64,000 bases of DNA from Lingula anatina (Eukaryota; Animalia; Brachiopoda). Of this stretch, positions 1 to 11,733 are shown in pieces (within the stretch, counting starts at the first letter, position 1; the number at the start of each line of letters is the position of its first letter). The stretch covers positions 35,049,967 through 35,113,966 of the forward strand of contig CM120640.1 in assembly GCA_051362555.1 (NCBI GenBank), given 5' to 3'. Under the pieces are notes generated by a model that was not told where the DNA came from, did no database searches, and saw nothing but the letters and a program-made list of their open reading frames with translations. The position numbers and the translations under genes are program-made.

Positions 1-1126
1 TCATCTCCTTGTGCCCAATTACCTAACTCTCCATTGCAGAAAAAACACTAAAAAGACGAAAAAGTACCATTTAAAATGTACTGCAATATTATGTAATGCG
101 TTTCTTACAGTTTTAAGCGTAAAGTCGATCTAAGACTAGGGTAACATTTTATTGACAATCAATATCATACTTTTATTTGAATGCGTCGATTTTCAAAACA
201 GAAAAATTAACTGTCACGTTCATAACATTAACTTTTGTTCTTGGCAATCTTAGTCTCAGGAAATTAAGTATCGTTTATTATTGCTATTAAACTCATATTT
301 TTGTTCATTCATTTATCTATTAGATCTATCTATTCAATTACCAATCTAAACTACAAATTCTGTGTCATACCTTAACTTTATCATCGTAGCCTGCATAAAA
401 GAATCCAGCGTGTGCCAGTTCTGCAGGAGTCTGGGACTTGCCTCTGGGCCAGTTGGTAAAGGACCCAATTCTGAACATTTTAAAGGCAAAGTGTTGGTTC
501 TTTGGCCTTTCAAACACTATGGGGCTCTCCTCTGAAGGCGCCAGCAGGGTTTCTTGCAAGTTTGACTGGTTGACAAAACTGCAAAGTGGAAAGTGTCGGC
601 GGTGTTCAGCCATTGGGTCTTCCCCGGTTTCAAAGTTGCACATCTTCCCTTGGCAAAACACGCAGCGCACCATGTCTGTTCTTCCAGTGAATACAAACCC
701 TGCTTCTGCCACAGCCTGCGGGTGTATGTCGCTATTTGGCCAATTGACAAACGTCTCTAATCTTGCCCACGTGCCTTGGCGGTAGTAAGAATCGCTTCTA
801 GATTCACATTTAGCAAGATCCTCTTCAGGTCTGGGAGAAGGTGTTGATAATATAGGTACATTACTGTTGCTCAGTCCATTGATATAATCGCATGTCGGAA
901 AATGCCTCTTGTGTTCTAACTCTGGGTTGTCTCCCGGTTGCCAGCTCTGCAAACGTCCATTGCAAGAGAAACAAATGACCTTGTCACCCTCCCCAGAATA
1001 ATAAAATCCTGCTCGGGCAAGACGCGTTGCTCCCACAGGTGCGGTTACAGGCCAGTTTTGAAACGACTTGACCCTCAGCGCTTCATACTGCATATCTTCA
1101 CCAGGACTAAATGGGGGCCGGTCCAT
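1..1126 (-). CDS. Inhibitor-of-apoptosis (BIR repeat) protein, paralog 1; 3' part lies outside the window
   Basis: Exon 371-1126 encodes BIR1 (CFSC...EHKRHFPTC), BIR2 (CVFC...EHRRHFPLC) and the start of BIR3 ([16 protein letters not shown]). A GT-AG intron spans 48-370. The next exon, 1-47, continues CFFCNGELGNWAQGD and runs off the edge. Colinear with the gene at 17574-21418. Confidence 0.9.
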
Positions 1127-1545
1127 TTTTTAAACGTTCACGTTATCACTAGAATTAGACATTTAATTGACTAGCATATCCCACTTAATGACCCAACAGT
1201 GTTTTTGGGTAATATCTGGATAGGGAAAGGGTTTAATCACTTTTTGAGCCGATAAAAAAGAGTTATCGTTGTTATTTTGAATAACATGGATCCATACAAA
1301 GTTAGTGGTTAAGTCTCCTGTCCTAAGAAGGGAAATTTTTAAGTGTTTTCGTCTTAGAACGTCGATCGCTGTTAGTTCTGAAATGATGAGAAATCGAAAT
1401 CATTAATTAATATATCAGGAAAGATCTAATCAACTAAAATCCATCGCGTTCAATACTGTTACTACGCACATACATGAACTTATTTTATTAACCACAAATG
1501 TCTCCGGTTTTTCATCCCAATATCTAATCAGTTATGATAATAATA

Positions 1546-2779
1546 GGGGAGACCGGGGCTAGTTGGACCCGGGGGTAAGTTGGCCCTTGTCAATTTATGA
1601 AAAAGTTACTACGGGGTAAAAAATTTGATCATTTTGTAAAGTGACTGTATCCAATAATGCCAGGAAAGCGGCGGTCGTAAAAAAAGTTTTATTTAGGCGG
1701 TGAGCCCAACTAAAAGAATTCTGCATCCTAAAATAACTTTATCAAAGATGATTTAAAATCTGTTTTCATAGGCTTTTAATTGATTATAGTATATAACCAC
1801 TGAAAAAGCAAGGGCTGTGTAAAAATGTCCTGAAAAACTATAGACCAATATCACATCTACCTTTCTTAGGTAAATTCCATGAAAAAATGGCATGTTCGCA
1901 ACTAAGTAGTTATCTGGCTGAAAATAAACTCTTTGGGAAATTTCAGTCTGTCTGTAGAGAAGGCCACAGCACTGAGACAGCTCTACTTCGAGTCCACAAC
2001 GACATAATGTTTTCCCTGAATAAACAAAGAGACGTCATTTTAGTACTTCTAGACCTTTCAGCAGCTTTGGGCACTATAGATCATGACATTCTTCTTTATA
2101 GGTTGCAGCATCGCTTTGGAGTGAATGGACTTGCACTTAGTTGGTTTACCTCATACCTGAAAAACAGAACACAATGGGTTTAAATAAAGTCAGCTTTATC
2201 TCAGCCAATTAACTTTCAGTATGGTGTCCACAAGGGTCTGTGTTAGGTCCCTTCCTATTCTCATTATACATGTTACCTGTAGAAAATATCATACTAAGGC
2301 ATGGTCTGAACACTGTCATTTTTCAGATGACACACAAGTCTATATTACATGCAAGAGCAGCCAGTCTGCAACAATCACTTCTATGGAGGCTTGTCTTACA
2401 GAGATTCGAGAATGGATGAGCGTGAACATGTTTGTTTTAAATGATAGTAAGACTAAGTTGATATGGTTCACATCAAGGTTCAAGGCAAATAGGAAAATTG
2501 CAGCAAACGCCAACATTTGAATGAAAGATATTCTTGTAAAACCATCTAGTTCTGTAAAAATCTGGGAAATCGATGAAAATGGCACTATGGGGAAGCGTGT
2601 ATCTGAAGTGTGTAAATCAGCATCTTATGCACTATGGCGTATTGGAAAAATAAGGAAAGTGTTATATAACAAAACCACTGAAAATTAGTACATGCACTTG
2701 TATCATCAAGATTAGATTACTGCAATAGGCTCTTCTAACACAATAGTGTCAAACTGGGCCAACTAGCCCCGGTCTCCCC
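1546..2779. mobile_element. Non-autonomous TA-targeting DNA transposon (Tc1/mariner/pogo-like ends) containing a LINE RT fragment
   Basis: Perfect 21-bp TIRs: GGGGAGACCGGGGCTAGTTGG (1546-1566) and CCAACTAGCCCCGGTCTCCCC (2759-2779). TA flanks both ends (1544-1545 and 2780-2781). Confidence 0.75.
1790..2735 (+). pseudogene. Degenerate non-LTR retrotransposon reverse transcriptase fragment (CR1/L2 group)
   Basis: Motifs LKNYRPISHLPFLGK, HSTETALLRVHNDI, LLDLSAA..TIDH, YGVPQGSV-like, FSDD in place of YADD, LNDSKT and SRLDYCN. Interrupted by stops and frameshifts. Confidence 0.85.
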
Positions 2780-4270
2780 TAGCTCTAGTCGCCGCTTAAC
2801 CCCACGCCTGCTATGAAATTAACTGCTAGGTGCTTAAACAGTGTAAGAAGTGTTTTGGTCATTTATAAAAAAGTTTTTAAAACTTTAAATAATGTTTTTC
2901 CAGAATGTTATAAAAACACTAATAAAACTCCACGAGATAACGATTATCCCCGAAGAAGGCCCAGGGGCCGAAAGCTTGGATTATATTTGTCAATTGTAAA
3001 ATAGATCTTCAGAGATGCATCAGTGATAATACTCATAAAGTTTTAAAGAAACGGTCTTCGAATCTTTCTACGATTATTATAACGTTACCATAATGTGTTT
3101 TTGTTAGCTGGAGCATTATTTTGCATAACGTTACCATATTGTTATTCTGTACCATAACCGGCATGTAACCAGTTCAAAGACATATTGTAGCAAAATGCCA
3201 AACATTATGAACATTTCTTGAAAAAAAAACATGATTTCACATTTGGTTAAAAGGCGGGTTATGAAATAGCTATTTTTCCAGTAGGCTATTTTCTATGGAT
3301 GTGAAGCTTGGGTAAATAATAGTGCTAAACTGGTAGAGGTACATGTACGTGTAACTTACAGGTCAATTGCAAAGTTTCTGCTTGGTGTATGAGTGACAAC
3401 ACATAATATACCGTGTATGTTAAGATGAGCTTAGGTTTATGTAGTGCTGAAGCCCGCGTGAAAACCGCTCAGCATAAATCTTTTTTATGATGTGATATGT
3501 ATTTATTATAACTTAGGATTCCAATTATAACCAAGAAATATTTTGATTTAGCCAATTCGAGATTTTATAGCAAAGCTTCGATTTTACGAGGCTATGAATC
3601 GTCTCCTGTACTGGTACATGTAGATGAGAGCCATTACCTCGCTTTCGAGATATTAAATCTGTCGGGCGTATCGCTGAAGTGCACGTTTAATATCTTATGT
3701 CGGTAAATGAATACGGGTTTCCTAATATGAATTATCTGAAATAAACCTATCTACTTTTTCAAATGCATTTTGTAGTAACATTCACAAAACATTTAGCCAA
3801 GAAGAGTAGGCCTATTTTCCTGATCAAGAGTGGGGGAGTGGTGGAAAATTCCCTTGGGGCCACATATAACCCTATAAATACAAAGGGAATCCCCTTACAA
3901 AAAAGGCAAAATAGGCCTACGTGTTACTCTGTAGGCCTATCTGTTTCTGTCAATAGGTTCTACTAAAGGGGCCACATATAACACTAAAAATATATACAAT
4001 GGGAATCCCCTTGTAATGAAGGTAAAATAAATGTTATTCTAAGGAAGCCCGATGGATTTACTTTTTAAAACATAAAATCAACAGAACATTAATATTATAA
4101 ATTTTCAAAAAGACACCAGACAGCAAAATAAATAAAATCAACCAGGCGGTAAACACTGGCAACTTGTTTATTTAAAACAGCACATTTTTGCGCATGCGCA
4201 GTTGTTTGAATCCTGTGCTGAGCTTACGCGGAATGCGCCTGCGCAATAATGCGCATGTGCTGAATAAGCC

Positions 4271-4590
4271 ACATTCGGAACTCCTCGACAATTTCCGAAC
4301 AATTTTCGACAATTTCCGATCTTCCGAACGCCTTGAAACTAGTCTCGGATGTATGACAGTAAAAAACGTCGCCTACGCACAACATATGTGATCAGGTCAA
4401 GAACCCGGATGGACGGCGCCGCATCACTGATGTATACCGCAATCAAAACAATATAGTTCCCCCAAAACACGTGGATCTAACAAATCACTCGGATGATGTT
4501 GTGCGTAGGCGATTTTTTACTGTCATACATCCGAGACTAGTTTCAAGGCGTTCGGAAGATAGCCGGAAATTGTCGAGGAGTTCTGAATGT
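4271..4590. repeat. Long inverted repeat (arms 4271-4385 and 4496-4590, spacer about 110 bp)
   Basis: The left arm (...cttccgaacgccttgaaactagtctcggatgtatgacagtaaaaaa...) is the near-exact reverse complement of the right arm. The ORF track gives the same peptide, SSERLETSLGCMTVKN, on both strands. Confidence 0.85.
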
Positions 4591-5125
4591 CCTGTCAGGG
4601 CGCCGCCATGTTTATTATTGTTTACATCCGGGTATCTAGAGTAGTTTGCACTACTTCCAAAATGGCGACGTCTGTCATACGGCCAATCGGCAATCCTCGG
4701 CCAATTCCGCAAGCTCCATACTAACCTCGGATGTGATAGGCGGAGAAATATGCACCAAATCCATGCATTTTGTCCGCCGGAAATGCCTTCTCACTCAATC
4801 AATTATTTTGCTCATAAAGATGTCTGTCAATACCCCTGATTTTTATGATGCTTTACAGTTTGCCAAACAAAACACTAAGATTGACTTTGATTTAAAGGAT
4901 AAACAGATACAGACGTTGAAAGAATTGTGGTCTAAATTAGCGCGAGGTTGAAAGTAGTTCCTTCCCAACAAATCAACAATCAATATGGATGCCTCCGTAT
5001 CACGTCCGAGGTCATTGTCGAGTGCGGAGACATCCGAGTAGTTCCGAGTGTCATACGGCCGAGATATATGATGACGCAGGAATCAATCGACGGTGAGCCG
5101 AGTGAATAAGCCAGTGTCGGGTCAG

Positions 5126-6148
5126 CACTAGATCATATACGGCAGCGGGACGGAAGCGAGTAATCATGGCGGCCCCCAGCGCCGCCGCAATCGGCAATCC
5201 TCGGCTCATTCCGCAAGCTCCATACTAACCATACTTATTGTCGAGTGCGAAGACATCCGAGTAGTTCCGAGTGGCGCCGCCGAGACATTTATAGGATGTA
5301 GTTTTACAGCAAAATATCTAGGAAAATATACATGTATGCTATATCCCTAGGGATTCTTTATTGATACACCTTCACAAATAAGGTACAATCAAAGACAGTA
5401 CATCTAGCAGAGTACAAACAAGTAAATGAATAAATATACATGATTTTGATGCGATATAGATGAATAGGCCTACGTGTTTAAAAATGGGCCGAAGTACAAT
5501 CATAGAGGTAAAACAGACAACTCCAGCTACAGATACGTAAATTTGCAGGACGTGGAAACGCATTTAGACCCAATTAGATAAATGTATAATAATACTAATA
5601 AATGAGTTTATAAAGTGATATATATAAAATTTATAATGATAATCTACAGGCGATGAATTTAAATACAAACACTGAAAAGAGTACAATGTATAAGAGAGGG
5701 TTTGTTCCCTTTGTTGGAAGCATCTATTTACAAAACGCATAACCATTCTAAGAATATTTAAGTCTTGAGCACCCATAAGAAAATTATAAAGTTCATTAAA
5801 GCTGAAGTCGCCTAGGGGTACGAACTCTGACAGCTGCCCTCTGAAGGGATCACGTATTGAATCATATGTTTTGCTCTCTAGCAGGAGGTGGAACTCATCT
5901 ACTTTATTCAAATTGCAAAGTTTACAAAATCCCAGGTATAATACGATTAAAAAATAAAAAAGATAAATTAAAAAGTAAATAAAAATTATATGCTATATTC
6001 CTAGTTATTATACGATTAAAAAAAAAAAACAATTGAACTGTGTTTTGATCGGCACTACAACATTCGACTATCAGCCTTAGCATCTCGTCGCTAGGGACCG
6101 CCATGTTGGATTACTCACTTCCGTCCCGCTGCCGTATATGATCTAGTG
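5126..6148. mobile_element. TIR-bounded DNA transposon derivative with a degraded internal ORF on the minus strand
   Basis: 31-bp perfect TIR CACTAGATCATATACGGCAGCGGGACGGAAG at 5126-5156 and 6118-6148. Internal ORF remnants at 5564-5911 and 5922-6104. No clear TSD. Confidence 0.65.
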
Positions 6149-9100
6149 TTGTGTTGTCGGCCTTAAAATGTCGTTTGACTACGCCAGACTTATCTTTGTT
6201 GGAATAAATGATCTATCTTTCTATCGAGCCAGTAAGTTGGCCTACTAATACAGTACGTACGGAGGTACCCGGTATCTACAGCTCAAATTATTTTAGGGTA
6301 TTTACAAGAGTGGAGTAAATCGTATCGTGTTCTTAACACTCGATCTCCCCTCTGTCCGCCTACAGTGCATGGACTACACATTTCTGCTACAGGTGACACA
6401 CGTGCAACTCTCTTCATCTCTACACCGCAGCATCAATACTCGTACAGTCTATACAATTAACGCAAGGTAGGCCCTATCAGTTAACCTTACCTATACCAAG
6501 GAGTTATAACAGAAGGAGATTACACGCAAGCCTCTCTATTGTCCGATGTCTGTTACGGTGGGCGGAGCTAGCTACGGGGGGCCTCCTGTCTCAAGGTTTC
6601 GTCTGGGTCGCTCTCCTCCGCTTGGAGATTGATTTTATATGCGTTATTTCGCGTTAGAATTCGAGATCAGTAGTGTCAAAGCGGCGCTGTATGCTGACGA
6701 TTTTTTTCACCGGTAGTTATCTGGACGATGTGCTGGGAGGGAACGATATCATAGAAAGCGATTATAAGGTGGTGACTGAGGATGGTCGCCATGAGTTTTT
6801 TTGTTTTTTTTTTTTTTGAGTCGGTGATAGATGGTTTTTCTTTTGCACAACTTTTGTAAAATCACCAAGGATAAGTCAAAAGAAAACGTCCCAACTGTGG
6901 TTTGTGAAAATGACATTCAAGTGAACGTTTGGACCCCCCTGCCCTTTGGTCCCATAAACATTGAGACAGTGCCTAAGCTTTGTGACTGGTTTTAAATTTC
7001 TTTAAGTATTTTTTTTCTCTCACTCGGTATAATTTTAATATCATAATGCATTAAAGTGAAATTTTAATCAAAGGTTGAGGCAATGCCACATGTCAGTTTA
7101 CTAAATACTCGTTATAAATTTCTTTATCTTGGAAATCTCCCTTTTTATTTTCAGGATTATTTTGACACATACTAACACTTCTTATTTGTCGGTAAACAAG
7201 TGCACAGTGCTAAACATTAAGAATAATTTTTTTTCATTCATAAATATATTTATGTACAAAATATATCAGAAATTTTAGTATTAACTGAGCTCTTTAAAAA
7301 GTGAAACAAATAAAGATGAGAATTTTGAATTTCAAACTATTACTATATTAACTTAAAATATCTTTTAAGTCAACTCTATACTCAAGCATCATGATAGTAG
7401 CATCTGTGAGTAAAACCATTTTTTTATATCAATAGAAGAACAAAAACAAAATTTTAAACATAAGCAGTAATTAATGAAGTCATAAGAATGATTAAGTTGC
7501 TATAGTTTTCCAGTTTTATGCAGTCTGTGTTGGAATTTTTTTCAACCATGCAAATAGAAATAACTATATTCTTTTTTATCTGACTTGCTGATACCAGTCT
7601 GTGCCAGATACTATTCCACTCACAGGCCAGCAAGGTCTGAGAATCTAATGGGCTGAATGAAAAAAAAAACCCTAGAAGATAAAAGTGGCTAATTCTTACA
7701 AATAGGATAAAAAACATGGGATTTTCAGAAGGTTATTATAAATCAAGACAACACTTAGTAAGAACATTTATAAAATGAACTGGAGTACATGTTACAGCTG
7801 AAAAAATTAACTGGGCCAGTAAGTGACTGCTTTAAAGAAATTTCACTGAAACAGTCCAAATTTTACTGGCAATCAAGTAGACTGTTATACCATGGCACTC
7901 AACAAATTATATATAGGTTTTGAATTTTTTTCCACGTGACAGTAACATTTAAATTTATGTCAACTTTTGAAATGTATAGTGTCAGTTAGGTGACTGAAAA
8001 TATTTTAAAATGTCATGAAGGAGCACTATTAATTTAATGCAATCTCTGTTGGCCAGTCTTATCCAGTTTCTTCTCCAAAAAGGACAACTCAAGTGAGAAT
8101 TTCTTCAGGGCCTTTTCTTCTGCCTGCCAATGCCATGCCACTAAGAAGAGAGAAACCTGTAGGTTAGAAAAAAAACATAATAATAGCATTATGAACTACT
8201 AGTATCTATGTAGACATTACAGAATTACGCAGTGAAGTTTAATGTGTCTTTTTATGACTTGACTGAAATAATGTTCACCACATAAATGAACAATTTACCA
8301 CTAAATTTATGTAGAATATCAAGATTCATGATCACAAGCTAATAACCCCAAGAAATTGAAAGAAATTGTACTTATTACAAGAAATTATTTAAATCCGGCC
8401 TGGTTCCTACTCTTCTGAGAGGACAAAAAGGGGATTTCATAGAGGCTGGTTGCTAAAAGGAAAATGCCCAAGGTTGTTGTATTTTGAAATAAATTAAAAA
8501 GGGTACTGTTGTTAGTGAATGTTTAATGCATCTTAGGCATTATGACAAAAGTAACTCACCCCAGACACACTGACCTCCTTTTTTCATTGACATTTTAAAT
8601 TTTTTTCCAGCCTGACCATAATTCATATTTTCAATGCAGCCTTCTCCCATATCTATAATAGAAGAAAAAAAACTTGAGTAGTGTTAAGATATGCATGTAA
8701 AATTCATTATCAATTTTGAGAGAATTTCTGTTTCAACACTGCAAGATGAAATATTTACTTTCAAGTAATGAATAAGCCTTAATAGAGTTCTATTCTTTTG
8801 TAACCACCAAGGCAAAGCTTCTTTCTTAAAATGAACTTAAACATCCAAACTTGCCACCTAACATGCCAAAGTAGTGAAGTATAATTAAAGTAGAGAAGCA
8901 AGTACCCCTTAATAATAGAGGTGCCTTACACAATAAGGTGTGTCTTACACACCTTGACTCAAAGGGAGATGTGTAGTGAGATAATAGGTAAAGTAATTGG
9001 TGGAGCCTAGGTGAACTTAAAACCTTAAGACTTTAAATTAAGAAGCACCAGGATTCATGGGTGTTCTTTTTTCAAAGGTTTAATATGAATTAAAACATAT

Positions 9101-10790
9101 ATATGTAAAAAGAAGACTAAATAAGTTTAAAATAACTATACCAAAGACACTGTGAAGTCAAACTTCCCGTTAGACCGCCATGATGGAAAATGCTGAGTGG
9201 AGGCAAAACTTTTCCAGTCAAAATAACTGAGCACCTTACTTATACAACAAAGTTACCACTCCAAAGCCACCCACCATGGTGAGAAGAAAATTGATGACCA
9301 ACTGTCATGATAAGTCTTTTTAGATTTAAACATGAAAAAGGTAAAGGCCAAAATGGTACATTTACCCATAACACTAGAGTAAAAAATTGGTATTCTGAAC
9401 AAATCAGGTTATTTTTTTCAAGAAATATCGGAGCAGTATCCATGCAATATATACCACGCCACGACCAAGATGTTCAAGAATCTAAACACACCAAATTTTT
9501 TTATAATCTTGCATTTGAAAAGTACAAAAAGCGGTAAGGCTTTTGGCCGTAACAAGCGTAACACTTTTTGATCGGAACTCATGAAAATTGTCAATTGTCG
9601 TATCCAAGCTAGACCACATGTAAAATCGCAAAAAAAAAAACAATACTGCTCAAGCAAGTGTGTTGCACACATAACAATTAGTTAAATTTTATGACTGTCA
9701 TGTGACACAAGTTTCAAAAAGTAGGAGGAAAATGTCTTTTGGAGTAATTTTTTTTCGAAATATTAACAAGATGGCGGCTTAATTAAGGAGGGAATGTAGG
9801 TTTGAGATTTTCTCTTAAAATAAAGGTCTTGGCTTTTTTATTCCTGTCACATTCATTTAACGTATCTTCAAAATATCTAATTATGCTTGGAACACAGCTT
9901 TAACTTCATCGTGTGACGTAATATTGGGATTTTGGGGACAAAAACACCATTTTTATACACCTGATTTTCTCAGGCACCTGGACAGCTATAAACTTGCTTT
10001 TGATGTCATTATGACACTTGAACAAAGTACTACAGCATGGAGTCAGGGATTTTTCTTCAGACACTTATTGTTGATTTTATCTATAAAAACGTGAAATTAC
10101 ATCAAAATATTAGGAAATTTTCACTTTCAAAGTCTATAAATTAGAAAAGAGAGGATCAATCAAAATTTCTTAAAAAGCACTTTTAGAGCATACTGTTCAT
10201 AATTAGCATGGTGAATTTGGTCTCCCTCAGGTGTACAGGTAGATAGTTAAAGCTTGTTAAGATAACGCTATCTCGTCAATATTGAAAGCAAAGAAAACGA
10301 GCAAAAATCCTTTCAGTGAAGTTAATTGTCCATATAAGCAAATAAAATTGTTGACAGCTTTACCTGTTATCGTTCTGACGATCGCGAAGATGGGTACTCT
10401 TTTGCCGGTTGAAATTAGCTTGTTTGCATGTATTTGGATGTCAGAAAATCTTATTTTTGTATCAATCTCACCTCCTGTTAGTAACTTCAAGGGGTTACCG
10501 CTAGCACTGCCAGAATGATTGACAGGCAATCTAGTAAGCCCTAATGACCCAAGCAATCAGTGGCCACGTCAATTGCCGTCGGGGCAAGTGTTAGGGATGC
10601 GCTCTAGGATGTGCACACAATAGCAGCATCGCATGCGGTCTTGTCCACATTCGCCAAGCGAAAAATGGTTCGAAAACAGGTGGAAAGGTTAGATATTATC
10701 ATTGTTGATTTTCCGATTACCAATGGTAAGCAGAAATAAATAGGAGTTGAGCCTCGATGCTAGGGCCGAATTGCCCAAGTTGCATAGATT

Positions 10791-11733
10791 CAGGGGCGTA
10801 ACCAGACCTTAAAAAAATTGTACGCACAGATTTTTTACATTCCCAGCAAAATATAGACTAACGCAAGAGATGAAGGACAGCGTAATCACAGCATATGTAC
10901 CACACACCGCAGCTTAATTTCCATTAATAATAAAACATCATTTAGTCAGAAATATTCTCGCAATTAAAAAAGTTTCAATAAAGTTATTACCCAGAATGGT
11001 ATATTTATTTAAAAGGAGGCTAGCTTCGCATACGTGGAACGCCCTTCGAATAATCCTGGATCCGCCTCTGAGTTGAACTAACATTAGATTTCATTAACCT
11101 TACATGTGGATGCATGGCTCCCCATAACAACCAATTGTACGACACGACAGAGCTCTGATACATCTAAGTTTTATTATATGTTTGTAAAAATTGTCCATGT
11201 CACCCTATTAGTTTGGAGGGATAAGCTGGGTCAAGTCCGTGTCAAAATTCTTTGACGCTTTGCAGGAAAAATCCTTCCTTCGTTTCTCTAGCTCCTTATG
11301 AAACCTGGTGTCCAGATTTTATCTAATGCCCTCAGGGTTGCGTGAGCTGCTCTTTGAAAATAACACACAGGTAGATTTTTACCTGAGATAAATATTGCCA
11401 GCGAGGCTTCAGGTGAGTTGTGGGCCACTGAACCCTCCAATAAAGAGGTAAAGGAAGTTCCAGTTAGATGGACGATTAAGATAAAACTTGTTAAGGTTTC
11501 AGGCATTGTTTACCTCAGTTCAATAAAAGTATGCAAGACGGGGGGAGGGGGGTGTCAGAACAATTGTGCCTATACAATTGATACAGAGGATTTGTTCATA
11601 CAGGTGACTTTGATAAGCAGAGAATTTCTTTATATTCCGTGAAAAATACACTAAATTTATATAAAATAATATCATGGTTGGCCAAAAAAATGTACGCACA
11701 GTGCATCCGTGCGTATGCCTAGTTACCCCCATG
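10791..11733. mobile_element. Probable MITE with CAGGGGCGTAAC-type termini
   Basis: Left end caggggcgtaacca...tgtacgcaca; right end tgtacgcacagtgcatccgtgcgta...tagttacccccatg (imperfect inverted match). A related end occurs near 15450. Confidence 0.4.

Noticed and set aside
438-1174. Plus-strand and alternate-frame ORFs over the IAP exons (also 20556-21461)
   Set aside because: Antisense or shadow frames of BIR coding sequence; they are conserved between copies only because the gene is duplicated.
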